This document shows, piece by piece, positions 60,380-64,000 of a DNA stretch of 64,000 bases. The translations under genes were made by a program, and so were the position numbers. The DNA is from Octopus sinensis (Eukaryota). The stretch spans positions 26,722,001 to 26,786,000 of the forward strand of contig NC_043021.1 of assembly GCF_006345805.1 (NCBI RefSeq). The letters run 5' to 3'. Position 1 is the stretch's first letter. Each line of letters opens with the position of its first letter. The notes below the pieces were generated by a model. That model was not told the DNA's origin, searched no databases, and saw only the letters and a list, made by a program, of their open reading frames with translations.

Positions 60380-62615
60380 CTAATTACGGACCCCAAGCAA
60401 ACCAGATGGAGTTCAAGGCTACTGGATCAAAATATTTAGTGAATGCCATGCACGAATAGCTGCACAACCCAACACCTTGTTAAATGTCGACTAAGTAACA
60501 CCAGAGTGGTTGACAATGGGTAGGACAGTGCTGTACTTGAAAAACATCGAAAACGGCAATACGGTAGACAATTACAGGCCGATATCCTGCTTGCCACTTG
60601 TGTGGAAATTATTGAGTCAATATATGGACATCTGGAAAAAAAAAAGAGTCCTGACACATGAGCAGAAGGGGTGCAAGCGTAAGTGCAGAAGTACCAAGGA
60701 TCAACTCCTGGTAGACAAAACTGTACTTTGAGATTGCAAGAGGAGGAAAACTAACTTAGCCAAATCATGGACCGATTATCGTAAGGCGTACGATATGATC
60801 CCATATTCATGGATTATGTAGTCTATTTGGTATTGCGTCAAATGTTGAGCGATCGCATAGAAAAAATATGGCGAAGTGGAGGGCGGAACTGACAGCATAC
60901 GGAAGAAGTTTAGGGACAACAGAAATCAGGAGAGGCATCTTCCAAGGGGACTGCCTGTCCCCACTGATCTTTGTACTGTGCATGATACCACTAACACTGA
61001 TTCCGAGGAAAGCAAATGCTGGGTATGTATTCAAAAGCTCCCAGCAAAAAGGCAATCACTTGTTATTCATGGATGACCTCAAACTATATAGTGAAGATGA
61101 AGCCCAACTCAGTTTCCTTCGTTGATACAGTGTATACCTTCAGTGCTGATATCAGAATGGGGTTCGGACTGAGAAAGTGTGGTGTGTTAGTCTTGAAGAG
61201 AGGCAAAATCAAATGTATGGACGAGCTAACGATACCGTCGGGGGAGGTTATGAAGCAGATAGAAGAGACGGGCTATAAGTACTTGGGGATTTCGGAAATG
61301 GATAAATTGATGGAGAAAGAAATGACAGAAAAATTTAAGGTGGAGTACTTGTGCAGACTGAGACTGATCCTTAAGTCGAAATCAAATGAACAGAATAAGA
61401 TTGAAACTATCAACACCTGGATGGTTTCACTCCTTAGACACGGAGCAGGAGTAATCGCATGGACAGTAGATGAACTGAACAACTTAGACAGAAAGACAAA
61501 GAAGTTGCTAATTAGATATGAGATACTCCACCCAAAAAGTGACACAGACAGACTGTATATACTAAGAGAAAGAGGGTGAAGAGGACTGATTGCATGCGAA
61601 CACGGCATTAGAGCAAGAGAACATAGCATGGTATGTAAAAAAAAATGCCACAGAACCGCTATTATTAGAAGTAAGAAGGTCATGCTTGTGTAGGCTGGAA
61701 AATTGCAAAGGTAAAGCACTGAACAAGCACTTGAGAATGAATGAAACTCAAAATAGGTGGATAAAGAAAAGAACGAATAGACAATTTCATAAGGATGTTG
61801 AAGATAAGACAGACAAAAAAAAAAAAAAGATGGGTATGGATGATTAAAAGTGATTTAAAACCGGAAACTGAAGCTCTAATCTGTGCTGCCGAAGAGCAAG
61901 CATTTAGAACCAATTACATCAAATACAAAATAGAGAACACATCAGAAAGGGATAAGAGCAGAATTTGTGGACAAAATGATGAAAATGTATGGCATATTAC
62001 CAGTCAATGTACGTTACTAGCCCAGAAAGAATATAAGAGACGTCATGACAACATAGAAAGAATTGTCCCTTGGACACATTGCAACAAGTATGGACTTGAC
62101 AGAGCAAAAAAGTGGTACGAATATAAACTCGAAGGCATTAGTGAAAATGGTAATGCAAAGATCCTATGGGATTTTATGATTCAGTGTGACCATGAAATAG
62201 AGAATAGGAAGCCAGACATAGTGTTAATTGAGAAAGAAAGCAAACGATGCTGGAGCATAGATATAGCATGTCCAGCTGACAACAAGGTGTGTGATAAGGA
62301 AAAAAGAAAAGTCGATAGATACGACAGGTTAGCTTGGGAGGTTAAGCAGTTGTGGTCACTGAAAGAAGTGGTAGTAGCACCAATAATTGTCGGAGCCCTG
62401 GGAACAGTGAGTAAAAATCTTGAGAAGTACATGGAACAAATAGGGGCTGCAATAAGTGTGGAGAACATGCAGAAAACAGCACTGCTTGGAACCGCTCGAA
62501 TACTCCGGATGGTGCTTGAAAAATAAGGGGTGCTACCTTAGTTCACTGGGAGTGAACAGCTGGCACCATAGTACTTCTCCAGCGTTAGAAACTGTGCAAA
62601 GACAATAAATAATAA
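60380..62615 (+). mobile_element. R4/Dong-like LINE, 5'-truncated (RT, CCHC, RLE, (AAT)n tail), frameshifted
   Basis: [94 protein letters not shown]. Confidence 0.92.
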
Positions 62616-62624
62616 TAACACTAC

Positions 62625-62950
62625 ACTGATTTTGGATAGTGAGACTGAATCGTTGAATGCTGAGAATGTAAGAATTTCATGTGGCATTTTCCAGGGCGAC
62701 TCTCAATCACCACTCCTCTTTTGTCTAACTTTAATACCTCTTTCCAAACTGCTCGATGAGGCACAATGTGGATATTAAAATTTTTGACAAAACTATAAAT
62801 CATCTCTTTTGCATGAATGATTTAAAGCTTTTTACAAAAAATGACCAGCAACTACAGGGCTTACTAGCAACTGTATAACAGTATGTGTGTGTATGTGCCT
62901 TCATGCTTGCATGAAGTTGGTCCCGACGATGTTGGAATCGACTTTGCTCA
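62625..62950 (+). mobile_element. Older R4-type RT fragment
   Basis: CGIFQGDSQSPLLFCLTLIPLS..INHLFCMNDLKLF. Confidence 0.7.
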
Positions 62951-63104
62951 AATCTTTGAACCGAGGAGAAGCAGGAATGGCACCAGCTCGTGCGTTCTGA
63001 TGCTTTGTTTTCCGAGGAAGAGAAGGGAATGTTGCATCGCTTCACATTATCTTTTTGTTTGTCTTTGAAGCGCAAGAGTGGCTTTTCCGAATATTTAGGC
63101 ACAG

Positions 63105-63230
63105 GCGTAATCGTATGGTTTGCTTCCCAACCACATAACTCCGGGTTCAATCCCACTTAGGCAAGTGTCTTCTACTATAACTTCGGGCCGACTGAAGCCT
63201 TGTGAGTGGTTTTGAAAGAAGCACGTCGTA
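63105..63230 (+). mobile_element. SINE-A 5' half
   Basis: GCTTCCCAACCACATAACTCCGGGTTCAATCCC..GCAAGTGTCTTCTACTATAAC. Confidence 0.8.
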
Positions 63231-63244
63231 TATATATCTACATC

Positions 63245-63305
<61 letters not shown>

Positions 63306-63313
63306 TATATATA

Positions 63314-63345
<32 letters not shown>

Positions 63346-63404
63346 AGGCAAGGAAGAAAATGTAGAAGATAATTGACAAACATCAGCTAGATCCATTTAT
63401 TAAT

Positions 63405-64000
63405 TAATTACAATCAAATGAATGTGAATAATTAAATAAATAAATATATAAACAAGAATAAATGAGTGAATATAACTCTAATCTTACAGCTGTTTCTATT
63501 TTGGTGAGGTCCAGAATGCCAAAGTTGGCACATCATACCAATATTATACAAAGATTGTACCAAAACTGAACAAAAATTGGCCAGGAATTGAACCCCAAAG
63601 CTTCATCAGAGAGTCAATAATGGCAAGAATTAAACAAATAAAAAAGTAAAATAAAATAATAAAAATACTAAAGAATAAGAAAAAATAAATTCCAAAATAA
63701 TATCCAGAGGTTGTGAGATCACATCTTGTGGGATCAATCTAATGGGGGATATAGACTATATTCCCCCCACACCCCGTTAGAATGAAATAAGATGTGATCT
63801 CACCTCTGGATATTATCTTGGAATTTACTTTTTACTAATCTTTAGTATTTTTATTATTTTGTTTTACTTTTTCTCTTGTTTAATTCTTGCTGGATACGAA
63901 CCTCTGACTCCACGACAATTTATTCCTGTATCCTTATTGACTCGGCCATCCATTCATTAAGTCAATCAAACAGACATCACCTCATAGTCTTTCCTTGCCA
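63405..64000 (-). mobile_element. Second, near-identical copy of the 39.79-40.38 kb foldback + hammerhead unit (runs off the window)
   Basis: Only a few substitutions and homopolymer indels over about 595 nt by eye; hammerhead-like motif 63474-63615. Confidence 0.9.

Larger units (their letters stand above)
57182..60380 (-). mobile_element. Tx1/L1-like LINE, 5' half (5'UTR, ORF1, ORF2 APE + linker), truncated before RT
   Basis: ORF1 from ATG 60205 to about 58620; ORF2 from ATG 58493 to 57182. Confidence 0.9.

Noticed and set aside
56773-62615. One R4 element split by a Tx1 insertion
   Set aside because: Both flanks contain the same RT segment and differ in sequence, so they are separate copies

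Overview
AT-rich eukaryotic DNA dense in microsatellites and transposon remnants. The repeat families (tRNA-headed SINEs with a central TA/CA microsatellite, Naiad-type Penelope-like elements, R4/Dong, HERO, Tx1, RTE, mariner, maT, Helitron remnants) suggest an octopus/cephalopod genome; this is inference from recognising repeat families, not a database hit. No prokaryotic features, CRISPR arrays, rRNA or true tRNA genes were seen. Most listed ORFs are microsatellite or TE artefacts. Main observations: (1) a near-intact Naiad-like Penelope element (RT + GIY-YIG, 26318-28880, +) fused head-to-head to a near-identical 5'-truncated inverted copy (24633-26293), forming about 1.65-kb inverted arms; (2) about a dozen hammerhead-ribozyme-like motifs in several Penelope-derived families, including non-canonical cores (U3-A8 compensatory, U4C, A6Y) and a tRNA-promoter + hammerhead element with inverted termini; (3) a recurring 'long foldback followed by hammerhead' architecture, one copy duplicated almost identically about 23.6 kb away; (4) R4/Dong-like LINEs next to (TAA)n tracts and a 5'-complete, 3'-truncated Tx1-like LINE; (5) a tentative, unidentified minus-strand host gene of small exons ending near 3421. 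Boundaries were read by eye and are approximate (about +/-10-30 nt unless stated).
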